From: Meyerozyma guilliermondii
Lineage: Eukaryota
Reading direction: 5' to 3'
Length of the DNA stretch: 55,054 bases
NCBI GenBank assembly: GCA_051546255.1
Contig: CP128818.1
Span: 1,302,001 to 1,357,054 of the forward strand
The translations under genes and the position numbers were made by a program. Positions within the stretch are counted from its first letter, which is position 1. Each line of letters opens with the position of its first letter. Positions 1-11,257 of this stretch are shown here, in pieces. The notes beneath the pieces are model-generated. The model did no database searches. It was given only the letters and a program-made list of their open reading frames with translations, and had not been told where the DNA came from.

Positions 1-230
1 TGACCATCCATATTATCAACTTGATCATTGTTTGGGTTTACACCAAAGAATTTCCTCAAAGCTTGCTCTGGTGGTGCTTACAGGTATTGAGTGGTGTGGT
101 GTTGATTAGCTTGTCTACTTACATGACACGATGGAAGGAATTGAGGACTACGTTTTTTGATAATATGCTCGAACAACAGGAATTGGGTCAAATGCCGGGA
201 GAATCTATAGAAATGTCCAACATCAAGTAA
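1..230 (+). CDS. SYS1: Golgi integral membrane protein Sys1, 3' part (5' truncated by window edge)
   Basis: Frame 3 is open from the window start: TIHIINLIIVWVYTKEFPQSLLWWCLQVLS...TRWKELRTTFFD, matching the Sys1 C-terminal half (TIH.IN...YT..FP...W..LQ.LS...TRW.ELR.TFF). Confidence 0.85.
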   Translation, partial: TIHIINLIIVWVYTKEFPQSLLWWCLQVLSGVVLISLSTYMTRWKELRTTFFDNMLEQQELGQMPGESIEMSNIK

Positions 231-238
231 AAGACGAT

Positions 239-2713
239 CTACTTCCAGTACTTGGTCGCTGCTACCTTGAACTCGCCTATCAACTCAATGTCGTCGCTGC
301 TTGTACCAACTTGGACTTGGTAGTCGCCTTTTTCAGCACACCAAGCTTTTTGGTATTCGTCAAAAAATGAGATTGAGTCACTCATCGCCATGTCTAGATG
401 GACTGTGACCTTCTCTCCGGGTTTCAAGTACACTTTCTCGAATCCCTTCAACTCCTTGACTGGCCGAATTATGGTGCTGTTTTGTGGGGCAACATATACC
501 TGTACCGTTTCAGAACCTGCAACTTGGCCCACGTTTTCCACATCCACTGTAACTTTCAAGTTGTCCTGAGTATTGACTTTGAGGTTGGAGAAGACAAACT
601 CAGAATACGATAACCCAAATCCGAACGGGAAGGCGACTTGTTTCTGCAATTTCTCGTAATAACGGTACCCAATAAAGACATCTTCGCCATAGAGCACCCT
701 TCCTTTCTCTGTCCGGAAATTGAGGAATGTTGGGTTGTCCTGAACTTTCAATGGCCATGTCAAGCTTAGTTTCCCACAAGGATTGAAGTCGCCAAATAAA
801 ACGTCTGCTATGGAGTTTCCAGTTTCATTTCCACCGTACCAGGCTTGGATCACTGCAGGAGCCTTTTTAATCCAAGGGAACTCAACTGGAGTACCTGATT
901 GGTTGACCACAATTGTATTGGGATTTTCGGCCAATACTGCTCTCACCAAGTCATTGGTACGCCCCGGTAATTCCATGCTGGGACGATCGTAACCTTCACT
1001 TTCCCATTCCTGATTCAAACCAATGCAAAGAACAACTTTGTCGACACTTTTGGCAATGGAAACTGCATTGGCAATTTCCTCATCAGCGTCAATGACTTTG
1101 GCAAACCCAAACTGAATTCCGCCTCCACCAAATGGTGGTGAGCCTTCGGATTTGATGGTGGAAGTAGGAATTGACCCAAATTCAATTTTGAGATTGTAGT
1201 CGATTCCTGCCTCAAGAATTATTGTATCTTTGACCTCGATGGTTCCTAAGTTGGTGAACGAAGGTCCCCGTACTTGATTCACAGAGTTGTCGATTACAAG
1301 CTTGTCATTGATGAAAAGCTTTGCTGTGCCCCATACAGCGACTCCAAATTCATATGCTCCAGATTCCTCAACCTTCAAGTTTCCCTCCACATCTATGTAG
1401 TATAGGTTGGAGTGAAGGTCAGGATGATGGTAGTCTGCCAAGAAAATTCTAGAGTCCAGAGTGTTTATTTCGTCAAACTGACTCTTGCGGTCCACATCAT
1501 GATAAAATTTCATATTATAACCCACCTCGTGCGTAACTGGATTGACCAATCTTTGAGCAAGAGGAGGAAGCTTTTGATGAGCATACGCACCCACAGTATA
1601 TGGAGGTTGATGATCCAATTTGCTGCAGATTCCCTCGTACGGAGTCACAGTATAATATGCCTTCAAGGCAGCAGACCCACCACCGCAGTACGCTGCATAC
1701 TTTGCGTTGGGTCCAATAACTGCAATTTTCTCAGAAGACTTCAATGGAAGCATTCCTTCGTTTTTCAACAAAACGATGGACTCGTTTGAAATCTTACGAA
1801 GGAAAGCTGCCGTTTCCTTTGTGTTGTTCAAGGTATCTTCCTTTCCATTTTCTGGAATTCCTGATTGACTGGCGTAACTTATCAACTTTAAGATATTTTT
1901 CACCCGGTGATCGATGTCGTTTATGTGAAGCTCTCTGGTCTGCACCATATGGCCCATTGTAGCGTTGTCACGAAAACGAGTCGGACCTGGCATCTCCAAG
2001 TCTAGACCTGCCTCAATTGCTTCTTTGGACGTGTAGGTGCCCCACCAATCCGACATGATAGTTCCATCATACTTCCACTCGTCTCTCAAGATATCAAGCA
2101 AAAGGTGTTTGTGGTGAGAGACATGAATTCCATTGACTTTGTTGTACGATGTCATCAATGCTTTTGGATTGGAATGCTTGAGTGCCAACCGAAATGGCTC
2201 AAGGTATATTTCTCGAAGAGCTCTTTCCGTCATTACAGAATCACTGGCTTTCCTCTCGTGTTCCAAGTCATTTGCAACATAATGTTTTATGGTTGCGGCT
2301 ACCTTTTTGCTTTGAATTCCATTGATTATGGCTGCTGAAACCAAACCAGCTAAGTGAGGGTCCTCGCTGAAAGACTCAAATCCTCGCCCACCTAATGGGC
2401 CCCTTTGCATATTGGTAGTGGGTCCCAAAAGAACATGAGCACCTTTGTGTCTTGCTTCCACACCCATCATTTCTCCCACCTCATAGAGCAATTCCTTGTT
2501 GAAAGTTGCTGCTAATCCAGTGCCACAAGGAAAACAAGCTGCTGGAACACTATCAAAAAACTTTGTTCCCCGGACTCCATTGGGACCATCACTGGTGCGA
2601 ATCGAAGGTACATTAAGTCTTGGAATGGCATAAGTATGCCAAAAATCGACTCCTGACAAGATGTGGATCTTTTCGTCAAGAGTCAATTGCTGCAAAACCA
2701 GATCGACATTCAT
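239..2713 (-). CDS. GH3 beta-glucosidase with PA14 insert and FnIII domain, intracellular (no signal peptide)
   Basis: 824 aa; SDGPNGVRG, GGRGFESFSEDP, KHYVAND, nucleophile motif MSDWWG, ESEGYDR, C-terminal FPFGFGLSY and RPVKELKGF. Confidence 0.95.
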   Translation of the reverse strand: MNVDLVLQQLTLDEKIHILSGVDFWHTYAIPRLNVPSIRTSDGPNGVRGTKFFDSVPAACFPCGTGLAATFNKELLYEVGEMMGVEARHKGAHVLLGPTTNMQRGPLGGRGFESFSEDPHLAGLVSAAIINGIQSKKVAATIKHYVANDLEHERKASDSVMTERALREIYLEPFRLALKHSNPKALMTSYNKVNGIHVSHHKHLLLDILRDEWKYDGTIMSDWWGTYTSKEAIEAGLDLEMPGPTRFRDNATMGHMVQTRELHINDIDHRVKNILKLISYASQSGIPENGKEDTLNNTKETAAFLRKISNESIVLLKNEGMLPLKSSEKIAVIGPNAKYAAYCGGGSAALKAYYTVTPYEGICSKLDHQPPYTVGAYAHQKLPPLAQRLVNPVTHEVGYNMKFYHDVDRKSQFDEINTLDSRIFLADYHHPDLHSNLYYIDVEGNLKVEESGAYEFGVAVWGTAKLFINDKLVIDNSVNQVRGPSFTNLGTIEVKDTIILEAGIDYNLKIEFGSIPTSTIKSEGSPPFGGGGIQFGFAKVIDADEEIANAVSIAKSVDKVVLCIGLNQEWESEGYDRPSMELPGRTNDLVRAVLAENPNTIVVNQSGTPVEFPWIKKAPAVIQAWYGGNETGNSIADVLFGDFNPCGKLSLTWPLKVQDNPTFLNFRTEKGRVLYGEDVFIGYRYYEKLQKQVAFPFGFGLSYSEFVFSNLKVNTQDNLKVTVDVENVGQVAGSETVQVYVAPQNSTIIRPVKELKGFEKVYLKPGEKVTVHLDMAMSDSISFFDEYQKAWCAEKGDYQVQVGTSSDDIELIGEFKVAATKYWK

Positions 2714-3339
2714 CTAATTGATCAGTTAGTAAGAATTCGTTATTAAATAGGCAAGTTGTTGCGAGAATTTTTGCAGCAATTGCGGGGCATATCGACAAAT
2801 CGGGAAGGTTTTCCGGGTGCGTACCAAGAAATAGGGTATGCGTATATTTTGTTGGTAACAACATATTTACTTCATCACTACACAGGCATTCACCAATTGA
2901 GTCTAAATCTAATACTATACAAGTTGGTGGGCTCGGTACGAAAGGAAAAAGCTCGAGCACGCCCAATTCCACTTCCCTATTCAAATGGTATTAGTACAAT
3001 ATTGTAATAGTTCTATTCTTCATGGTTACCAGCTGATTACATGACTACCGTCGCAAGCGCTTGCATTCAGTCAAATTTTGATATGTTATTTTTATTCCAA
3101 TATTTCCTCATCGCTGATCAGTGGTATAATTTCGCAGCCAATTGTCAAGTCGCGGGTGGGCGAGTCAAAACCAGTGGTGAAGTTAGAGGAAATCATTTTG
3201 GAGTACGTTGGCTAAAGAATATAGAAGACCAAATTGAGTTGCAGTATACAGTACTTTGCGGTAAGTACGCTCCAAGAAGTGAATTTCGCAACCGGTGATA
3301 ATAACGGTTTACCGCGAACATTTTTCAATTTCAGCCTAT

Positions 3340-4236
3340 TTACAAAGGTTTTGATGGGTCAAGCACAAACTCGTTATTTGAGAGACGTAGTTCCATCTCA
3401 TAATCAGGCTGAAATTCGGTGTATAGGGTTTCGTGGTCACCATTGATAAGCTCAGTATAGGCTGCTTCTTTATCCCCTATGATTTTCTTGTTGCCCTTGT
3501 CTGCAGCATCTACCAAAAGTTGCGTTTGGCAACTTTTTTCCATCAAGGTGAACAAATAAGCCGCTTCGTCGACCGTTTTGCCCACAGTGATGAGGCCATG
3601 ATTGGCAAGAATCGCACCTTTTCCGGTTCCGATGGCATGAGCTATTGCTCGTCCTTCTTCAGCCTCCACTGCCACACCGCCAAAGTCTTCATATACTGCA
3701 TGGCTCTTGTAGAATGAGCAAACGTCCTGGTTAATCATTTCCAACGGTTTACCAAAAGCAGAGTAGGCTTTCCCATAAACGGAGTGAGTATGGCAAGCAG
3801 CATTAACATCGGGATTAGCCTTGTGCAAGGCGGAGTGGATTGCAAAACCGGCAGCATTGATAGCGGTCTGAGCACCACCATCTAGAATATTTCCGTGTTC
3901 ATCCACGTGAACCAAGTCGGATGCTCTAATTAAACCAAAGTGCATACCCAATGGGTTGATCCAAAAGGTTGTTGGGTCGACTGGGTCTCTGACTGAAATG
4001 TGGCCGGCAGTGCCCTCACCGTATCCTTTTCTGGAAAAAACCCGAAACGCTCCGGCCATATGATTCAACATCCACTGTCTTTCCTTCAACTTGTCTTCAA
4101 AAGTTGGTAACTGATAGGGATGAGCTTTGCCCAACGCAATGTTATGAGAACCTCTTGCAGCAACCGCACTTCCTGTGGTGGTGCTCATTGGCACTGCTGT
4201 AGATTTGGAAACTTCTAAAGTGGTCGTTGCTGACAT
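3340..4236 (-). CDS. Class II aldolase/adducin-head family metalloenzyme
   Basis: EGTAGHISVRDP, INAAGFAIHSALH, ACHTHS, ILANHGLITVG (metal-binding His set). Confidence 0.9.
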   Translation of the reverse strand: MSATTTLEVSKSTAVPMSTTTGSAVAARGSHNIALGKAHPYQLPTFEDKLKERQWMLNHMAGAFRVFSRKGYGEGTAGHISVRDPVDPTTFWINPLGMHFGLIRASDLVHVDEHGNILDGGAQTAINAAGFAIHSALHKANPDVNAACHTHSVYGKAYSAFGKPLEMINQDVCSFYKSHAVYEDFGGVAVEAEEGRAIAHAIGTGKGAILANHGLITVGKTVDEAAYLFTLMEKSCQTQLLVDAADKGNKKIIGDKEAAYTELINGDHETLYTEFQPDYEMELRLSNNEFVLDPSKPL

Positions 4237-4465
4237 GATTGCTTAAGCCTTGGGCTGCTTCTGCTTAAATACCAAAGATGTGATGTCTAGGTATTAGCCG
4301 AAATACAATCATGTTATCCATGTGCATTGCCTCATTCGGTTTAGTCGATTTTTCGCGAGTCTTTTGCTAATCTCTTAATTGGGCGGCGCCATGCAGGAAA
4401 ATTCATCTCGTCATATCGGAGATTCAGTTCCATATCCTCAAATACGCAGTTTTTTGCGCCCAAAA

Positions 4466-4557
4466 CTTATCAAATGTCTTCGGAAAACCACCTTTGATAA
4501 GGGCTCGTTGGCGATGAAGCTGCGCAACAATTGTAGAATTATATGCAACACGATAAG
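4466..4557. promoter_or_regulatory. Cluster of GATAAG sites (nitrogen catabolite repression) in the aldolase/permease divergent promoter
   Basis: CTTATC 4466-4471, GATAAG 4496-4501 and GATAAG 4552-4557; TATAAA near 4622. Confidence 0.5.
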
Positions 4558-4662
4558 CGCACGTTACCTAATTGGGAACAAATAAACTTCTAGTGACGTT
4601 GATGAAAACCAAATGTCAGTTATAAAGACAGTGATATCACGTCTTGGTGCTCAGGATTTGCT

Positions 4663-6345
4663 ATGTCTCAACCGGTCACGACCACACTTTCGATCTCGTC
4701 TTTTGTATCTAAAAGACGGGAAGAAGCACTAAAGAAGGATCATATAATTTCAATTGAACAAGTCGCTGATGATAGTCTATCTGGTCAAGATCCCGAGGTT
4801 GTCAGAGGCTTGAAGGCCCGTCACATTCAATTGATTGCTCTTGGCGGTGCCATAGGTACGGGTTTGTTTATTGGCTCTGGAAGCGCTCTTAGTACATGTG
4901 GACCAGCTCCGCTACTAACGTCGTACTTGGTGATGGCTACGTGTGTTTGGCTCGTGATGAATCAACTAGGAGAGATGGTTATTTTCCTTCCACTCTCTGG
5001 CGAAGCCTCGACTTATTCGTTGGCAAAAAAGTATCTCAATCGGCCACTTGGTTTCACAGTAGGTTGGAATCTCTTTTATGCCCATGCAATGGTGGCACCT
5101 AGTGAAGTGACTGCTTGTGCTCTCATCATGTCATATTGGACAGATGCTAATTCAGCAATTTTCATTTCAGTTTTTGGCATCACAACGATTATCATCAACT
5201 TCCTTCCAGTCCGGTACTTCGGAGAAAGCGAGTTTTGTGTTGCTATCATCAAGATTTTATGTATCACAGGTTTGATCATACTAGGAGTTGTTATTTTCTT
5301 TGGTGGTGCACCAGATCAACATGGCGTACTTGGATTTCATTACTGGAAACACCCTGGGGCTTTTGTTGAATACCTAGTTCCGGGAAACACAGGACGATTT
5401 TTAGCCACATGGACTGCGATTGTAAAGAGTGGTTTTGCTTTTGTATTGACTCCCGAAGTTCTTGCTTCATGCGCAGCCGAAGCACAGAATCCTCGTCGAT
5501 CTATGCCTAAAGCCTTCAGCAGAGTGGTCTATCGTTTGATCTTCTTCTACGTGTTCGGAGTGCTCATTGTTGGAATCATCGTTGCATCTAACAACAAGAG
5601 ATTGATGAACGCTATTGCTGCCGGTGAGTCTAGTGGCGCAGCATCTCCGTTTGTAATAGGAATTCAAGAGGTGGGTATAAAGGTTTTGCCCCACATTATT
5701 AATGCTTGTATCTTGACAAGTGCTTACTCCGCTGGTACAAGTCAGCTCTATGCAGCTTCCAGATCACTTCATTCCATGGCACTCAACGGCGATGCGCCAA
5801 AATTTTTTGCAACGTTGAACAGATGGGGTATACCGTATTTCAGCGTGGCAATATCGTCGTTATTCGTGTTCTTGGCCTACCTTAACTGTTCCCAATCTAG
5901 CTCCACTGTGTTCAATTGGCTCTCTAATATAGTGTCAATCTCTGGTTTCATCAGTTGGATGTTTGTTGCTATGTGCTATTTAAGATTCAGGACAATAATT
6001 GATCACCAGGGCCTTAACGAAAGAGTTCCGTATAGGTTTCCAGGTATGAAGTACTTTGCCTATTTTACAGGCTCATTCTTTGGAATTTTGGCTGTTACAA
6101 ATGGATTTTATGTGTTCTTTCCTCAAAATTGGTCAACCAGCAACTTTTTTGCGGCATACATAACGATTCTTTTTGTGGCCTCCTTGTACATTGGATCATC
6201 GGCGTACTACAGGGTGTGGAGGTTTGTGGACCCTCTGGATGTCAATATTTCTGAGCAACTTTTGCGAGTTGAGGCAGAGGAGAGAGAAGTGACAGTTCCG
6301 GCTCCCACTACAATACTCGAGAAAGCTTGGCAATATGCCTTCTGA
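4663..6345 (+). CDS. Amino acid permease (APC/YAT family, Put4/Dip5-like)
   Basis: RGLKARHIQLIALGGAIGTGLFIGSG, FGESEF, AEAQNPRR, ASPFVIGI; ~12 hydrophobic segments. Confidence 0.93.
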   Translation: MSQPVTTTLSISSFVSKRREEALKKDHIISIEQVADDSLSGQDPEVVRGLKARHIQLIALGGAIGTGLFIGSGSALSTCGPAPLLTSYLVMATCVWLVMNQLGEMVIFLPLSGEASTYSLAKKYLNRPLGFTVGWNLFYAHAMVAPSEVTACALIMSYWTDANSAIFISVFGITTIIINFLPVRYFGESEFCVAIIKILCITGLIILGVVIFFGGAPDQHGVLGFHYWKHPGAFVEYLVPGNTGRFLATWTAIVKSGFAFVLTPEVLASCAAEAQNPRRSMPKAFSRVVYRLIFFYVFGVLIVGIIVASNNKRLMNAIAAGESSGAASPFVIGIQEVGIKVLPHIINACILTSAYSAGTSQLYAASRSLHSMALNGDAPKFFATLNRWGIPYFSVAISSLFVFLAYLNCSQSSSTVFNWLSNIVSISGFISWMFVAMCYLRFRTIIDHQGLNERVPYRFPGMKYFAYFTGSFFGILAVTNGFYVFFPQNWSTSNFFAAYITILFVASLYIGSSAYYRVWRFVDPLDVNISEQLLRVEAEEREVTVPAPTTILEKAWQYAF

Positions 6346-6516
6346 ATGCAATGTTGCTTCATTAGAAATCATTTGGGAGGTCGATATATAGTGTATTCAC
6401 TCGTTTACTTCGTCATGTAATTATTTTTGGTATTTTTCCACGCAAAGAAAACGACTACAAGCAATTTGCAACGATAAAAGTTTTACTCGCTCTTTTCTCT
6501 TTGAAATCTGTATTTC

Positions 6517-8247
6517 CTAATTAATCGAACCGACCTCATTCTTGAAGCTTGGAAAGTTCAACTGCTCATAGACACCGTCGTAGAGTCTGTCATTCACCAT
6601 GGAGCCTCTAAACTTTAAAGTTGTAGTGTCAATTAACTCTTCATTCAAGTCTTTTATGTTGTCAACCCCCAAAAGTTTCATGTTGTTCTTTACTTCTCCC
6701 TCCAAAAGCAGAACTAGTTTCAACACACCTTCTTCGCCATATCCTGCCATGGCATATAAGAATGGACGTCCCAAACCCACCCCTGTAGCTCCAAGACAGA
6801 GGGCTTTAACTATATCTGAACCCCTGCGGATTCCACCGTCAATGTAGATCTCGATTTTATTATCAAGGCCTCTTTCTTTGAGCATCTGTTTAGCTTCAGA
6901 GAGAACTTCAAGTGGAGGTCTTGAAAAGTCCAATTGTCTTCCTCCATGATTTGACAACACAACTCCACTGATTCCCTTTTCGGCTGCTAGCACAACATCC
7001 TCGCCTCTTTGAATCCCCTTCAATGCAATTGGAATGTTTGTGCAAGCTCTGATTCGTTCTATATGTTTCCACGAAAGATTGGAAGGGTAGTCAGTTTTTC
7101 CATTATTAGCAGCCGTTGCCAACAGAGCAGCACTAGCCTCGTCCTCGGCCCTTCTCTTCGAGTCTTTCTCTCGGTTACCTAAATCTGCCAAGTCAACATT
7201 GATAAAAATTGCTTTCACCGTTTTATACTTTTCTATTTCTTTAATTCTGTTTTCGAGGTTGGCCAACTCTTTGTAAGTGTCGAAATGCAATTGATACCAC
7301 TGGTTCTGGTCTTCAGGGACACTCTGAAAGAACTCATCTAAGGAGTAAGACATCAACATGGGCACCATTTGCATGATATTCGACTTATACGCCGCTTGTT
7401 GCAATACTTTTTCTCCCAAAGGATGAGCAAACTTGGAGCCAGCGAAGGCAGTTATGTATATTGGTAGATCGACCTTTGTGCCCATGAGCGAAGAAGATGT
7501 GTCGATGGTTGTAGAAGTTTCCTGAAGAACCTTTGGCCGGAAGTACACCCGGCTATATGCATAGTGATTCTCTCGTAAGGAAAATTCGTCTGAGCTACCA
7601 GTTGCATAGTAGAAGTAGGTGGATTTTGGAAGAACTTTTTTGGCCACATACTCGAAATCTGAAAGATTGAATATTTCTCCTAATGATGGCTTGTTAGCAA
7701 CATTTCCAAGAATGGCAGCTTCCTCAGCAGTAATTTCTTCCTCAAACTTGCCTTGGAGCGCACCAAGGTACACCAAGTATGGCAGCATTTTTTCTAGTGT
7801 TTCTTGTGAATGCATTTGGAAGAAACTTTTCGAAGCATCACCACCGGCTACCAGAAGGATCCTAGAAATGCCACCAGGATGAAGTTCCAAGAATTTTGTA
7901 ACGTCATAAACATTCCCATCAATACTGATCCAGCAATCGTCGGCCTTGTTATGCTTTTTGACTTCGTGAACCAGAATCAAACTGGGTGAATCGCATTTGA
8001 TTTCGTCCTCTACTCTTGAATAAAGGAAGTATGACTCAACGGTAGCAGCGACGGAAAAGAATAGAAACTTTATTCCATGAAGTCTCCAGTCTATGTTCAT
8101 GAATCTTTGCTTCGAATAGGTGCCGAAGGATCTGTAGCCAAAAAGTGTTTGGGGCTTTGGGCAACCATTGGCGACACCCACGGAAAGTCCCCGGCTAATT
8201 TTGAACCCTCTTGATACTTGCTTGGAAAAGGATGCAAATAGTGGCAT
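6517..8247 (-). CDS. CYB2: Flavocytochrome b2-like FMN 2-hydroxyacid dehydrogenase (mitochondrial presequence + cytochrome b5 domain), divergent active site
   Basis: Basic N-terminal presequence and TM segment; VYDVTKFLELHPGG heme motif; LGNREKD, LKGIQ, SNHGGRQLD, DGGIRRGSD, GRPFLY. Confidence 0.9.
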   Translation of the reverse strand: MPLFASFSKQVSRGFKISRGLSVGVANGCPKPQTLFGYRSFGTYSKQRFMNIDWRLHGIKFLFFSVAATVESYFLYSRVEDEIKCDSPSLILVHEVKKHNKADDCWISIDGNVYDVTKFLELHPGGISRILLVAGGDASKSFFQMHSQETLEKMLPYLVYLGALQGKFEEEITAEEAAILGNVANKPSLGEIFNLSDFEYVAKKVLPKSTYFYYATGSSDEFSLRENHYAYSRVYFRPKVLQETSTTIDTSSSLMGTKVDLPIYITAFAGSKFAHPLGEKVLQQAAYKSNIMQMVPMLMSYSLDEFFQSVPEDQNQWYQLHFDTYKELANLENRIKEIEKYKTVKAIFINVDLADLGNREKDSKRRAEDEASAALLATAANNGKTDYPSNLSWKHIERIRACTNIPIALKGIQRGEDVVLAAEKGISGVVLSNHGGRQLDFSRPPLEVLSEAKQMLKERGLDNKIEIYIDGGIRRGSDIVKALCLGATGVGLGRPFLYAMAGYGEEGVLKLVLLLEGEVKNNMKLLGVDNIKDLNEELIDTTTLKFRGSMVNDRLYDGVYEQLNFPSFKNEVGSIN

Positions 8248-8732
8248 AATTCTGCCTTTTGGCTTCGTTTCAACTGACCATCGGCCTTATATCGTCGATG
8301 TTGATCGAGTCTTATCGTATCGTAAATTGCCTATTACAGAAGAATGCTGCGGATCTGCTAGTTTCGCATACAATTGCCGCGCGATAGGCACAGATAATCC
8401 GGCTGACACAAACGGAGAATCGCGACAGATAAGGCTGCATGTAATGTCTACATTGTTTATGGTGGAATTTTCTATGATCAAAATTCAGAACCAGATAGCA
8501 GCCAATTGAAAACGTTACAATGCTGATATATGTTGTTGTCCCATAAAATTGTAGATACATTTTCAAGCTTTCGGTAAAATGCTTATTCCTCTGAAAAAAA
8601 TACGAAGAGGCTAATATGACAATTAGTCAAAATTTAGAAAAATCGTAAAATAAACTATTGCATCTACCAGATACCAGCAGCAGAAGCTGCGTGTACCACT
8701 AAGGCTCTAACAGTACTAAACAGTATTAACGA

Positions 8733-10139
8733 CTACAACTCGCCAAGTTTCTGCAAATCTTGTTGCACTTCGGCAACACTTGAAAGAAGAGTCGATACAA
8801 TGAATTCAACGTCATCTTCATTGATGATGAAGCTGGGTGCAACGCTGACATGATCGCCCTTTTTTCCATCAATAGTGGCGCCCAATCCCATAGCAGTCAT
8901 ACCATTCTGTAAGCATTTCGCAGCCACCTTTCCACCAACTCCCAAGCTGGGTGGAAATGGCTCCTTTGTATTTCTGTCCTTGACAATCTCAATAGACCAA
9001 AAGCCCCCCAAACCTCTGACATCACCGATGATCTTGTACTTGGCAGATGCTGCTCTCTCTTTAAGGGTGTTGCCCAAGTGAGTGCCCATAGTGTACATGT
9101 TCTTTCTCAACCCCATTTTGGCGATTTTCTTCTGCACCGCCAAGGCAACTCTACAGTTGAAAGAATGTTGGTGGTATGTTTGGGCACCAGCAATGGTAGC
9201 TGAACCCTCGGCAAAAACTTTTTTAACCTTAGGTGAAACCAAAACTCCAGCAATGGTAACATAGCCAGAACCCAATGTCTTACCTACCGTCTGAATATCA
9301 GGCCCAGAGAAATCTGGGAAAGATTCCCAACAATTCAATCCACCAGTAGCGGAAGCTCTTCCAGTTCCGCACATAACCTCATCCAACCATAAGAGAATTC
9401 CATACTTGTCACACAACTTTCTCAAACCCGCGAGATAACCAGGAATGGATGGAGCGGTACCGTAGGTAGATCCAGAAAGGGTTTCACAAACGAAAGCCGC
9501 AATCTTGTTAGTTCCGTACTTAATGAACGTCTGTTCAACTTCTTCCAACAATCTATCATTGTATTGTTCAAGTGTTTCATTCTCTAACAAGCCACGGTAT
9601 GGATAAACCTGGGAAACTTTTGGAGTCTGTTCTTCAGGCAAAATGATATCCTTATAAGGAGCCTGTCTAGCAGAGTGTCCCAAAGACAAAGCACCAATGG
9701 TATAGCCATGATAAGACTGCTTGCGACTAACAAAAATGGTTCTTTCTAATTCCCCTTTTTCCTGATAGTACTGTCTAACAAGTTTCATGGCATTTTCATT
9801 GGATTCTGATCCAGAGGAAGTCCATAAGGCAGCAGCAAAGGCACCTTCAGGGGATTCATCAATGTAGAATTTAGCCAATTCTTCAGCATAATAGTTGGTC
9901 AAAGAAGCAGGGAAAGAGTATGTGCAAGCTTTTGCAGCTTCTGCCATTTCTTGAACGATATCCTCATCATGGTGGCCTAAAGCACAAACAGCAGCACCGC
10001 CCACAGCATCAAAGATCCGCCGTTTCTCTTTTGTATCTGGATCTTCAACGAGAAGGTAGTTTCCGTCACCACCAACTACCATGGGGAGGTGTTTGGTGAC
10101 ATTAGCAGAAAACAACAAGGAAGAGTTTTGGACAGTCAT
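8733..10139 (-). CDS. Class III (omega) PLP aminotransferase
   Basis: SGSESNE, SYHGYT, LWLDEVMCGTGR, PDIQTVGKTLGSGY (PLP lysine), GDVRGLG. Confidence 0.92.
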   Translation of the reverse strand: MTVQNSSLLFSANVTKHLPMVVGGDGNYLLVEDPDTKEKRRIFDAVGGAAVCALGHHDEDIVQEMAEAAKACTYSFPASLTNYYAEELAKFYIDESPEGAFAAALWTSSGSESNENAMKLVRQYYQEKGELERTIFVSRKQSYHGYTIGALSLGHSARQAPYKDIILPEEQTPKVSQVYPYRGLLENETLEQYNDRLLEEVEQTFIKYGTNKIAAFVCETLSGSTYGTAPSIPGYLAGLRKLCDKYGILLWLDEVMCGTGRASATGGLNCWESFPDFSGPDIQTVGKTLGSGYVTIAGVLVSPKVKKVFAEGSATIAGAQTYHQHSFNCRVALAVQKKIAKMGLRKNMYTMGTHLGNTLKERAASAKYKIIGDVRGLGGFWSIEIVKDRNTKEPFPPSLGVGGKVAAKCLQNGMTAMGLGATIDGKKGDHVSVAPSFIINEDDVEFIVSTLLSSVAEVQQDLQKLGEL

Positions 10140-10521
10140 GATGCTTGGACCTTAGATTGCAGGTCCCCTTTTATGGCATGTATTCGTAGCGGTGCATTCT
10201 GTCGCATATTGCCCTTTTGGGAGATTCCGACGATAGCATAAAAGGAGATGAAGAATGGTCCGACGGTTAGTGTATCGGCAAATACCATGTTCGGTTGAAA
10301 TAACAGATAACTGAAGGACACAAAACATAAAGCTGAGCATAAATTGTCCAGTACACAACAATCATATCTCAAATGCATGCTTATTCTTGCTCTGTAATCT
10401 CGCGGCTCAATTTGCTGCGGATAAATTACGAGGGGGTGCAGCCGCACCACTGCGAAGTTTCCCGAACTATAAATGGACCCAAGAAGATAGAACGCCCACT
10501 TCAAAAATTTAGATAATTGAG

Positions 10522-10893
10522 ATGAAACAAGTTACTTGGGAACAAGTTGGTCAAAAGTTCAACCCAATTCTTTCACCCGCCTATATATCTAATGGTCTTG
10601 TACTTTCGTCAGGAAGCGTTGGTGTCAGAAGTGATGGGGTAGTTGCTGAAACCGCCGCCGAACAAACTACCTTGGCTATCGAAAATATGAAGACCGTTCT
10701 TGAAAAATCGGGTTCCAATTTGAATAAAGTTGTGAAAGTATTGCTCTTTATTACCGACGAGAAGGACTCGAAAGTTGTGAATGAAGTATACCATAAGTAC
10801 TTTCCACATCTGCCTGCAAGGTCTTGCGTAATAGTCAAATTCCCAAGCACAAGCCTCAAGGTTGAATTGGAATGTGTGGCAGAAGTTGTTTAA
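10522..10893 (+). CDS. RidA/YjgF/YER057c family enamine/imine deaminase
   Basis: 123 aa; VVKVLLFI, VNEVYHKYF, PARSCV (catalytic Arg retained), KVELECVA. Confidence 0.9.
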   Translation: MKQVTWEQVGQKFNPILSPAYISNGLVLSSGSVGVRSDGVVAETAAEQTTLAIENMKTVLEKSGSNLNKVVKVLLFITDEKDSKVVNEVYHKYFPHLPARSCVIVKFPSTSLKVELECVAEVV

Positions 10894-11257
10894 ACAACGA
10901 ATGTCCACGACGTATGTAGCCCATAACTGAATAAATGTAATGGCCATATATTGTCTTCCGCATTTCTAGCTACAGCGTGGAGCCAAGCTGAAGGCAAGTA
11001 GAAGATATGGTAAGAAAATGCATTGTGTGCTATTCAATGATAAACACGGATGATTGCACCAATTGAACTTATAGATGAAAAATTTGCGTATTCTTTGTCG
11101 TCTTCCCTACATTTGTATGGATCGTTTGCAGCCTCTGGGACTGCATACACACCTATACTGGAACATCCAACTCTGCCTATTAATTGGTCTTACAAGTATG
11201 CTCGTGATACTCTCATTAAGACTGATACGCTATTCCGCTTGCTTCCCCATGGCCTAT

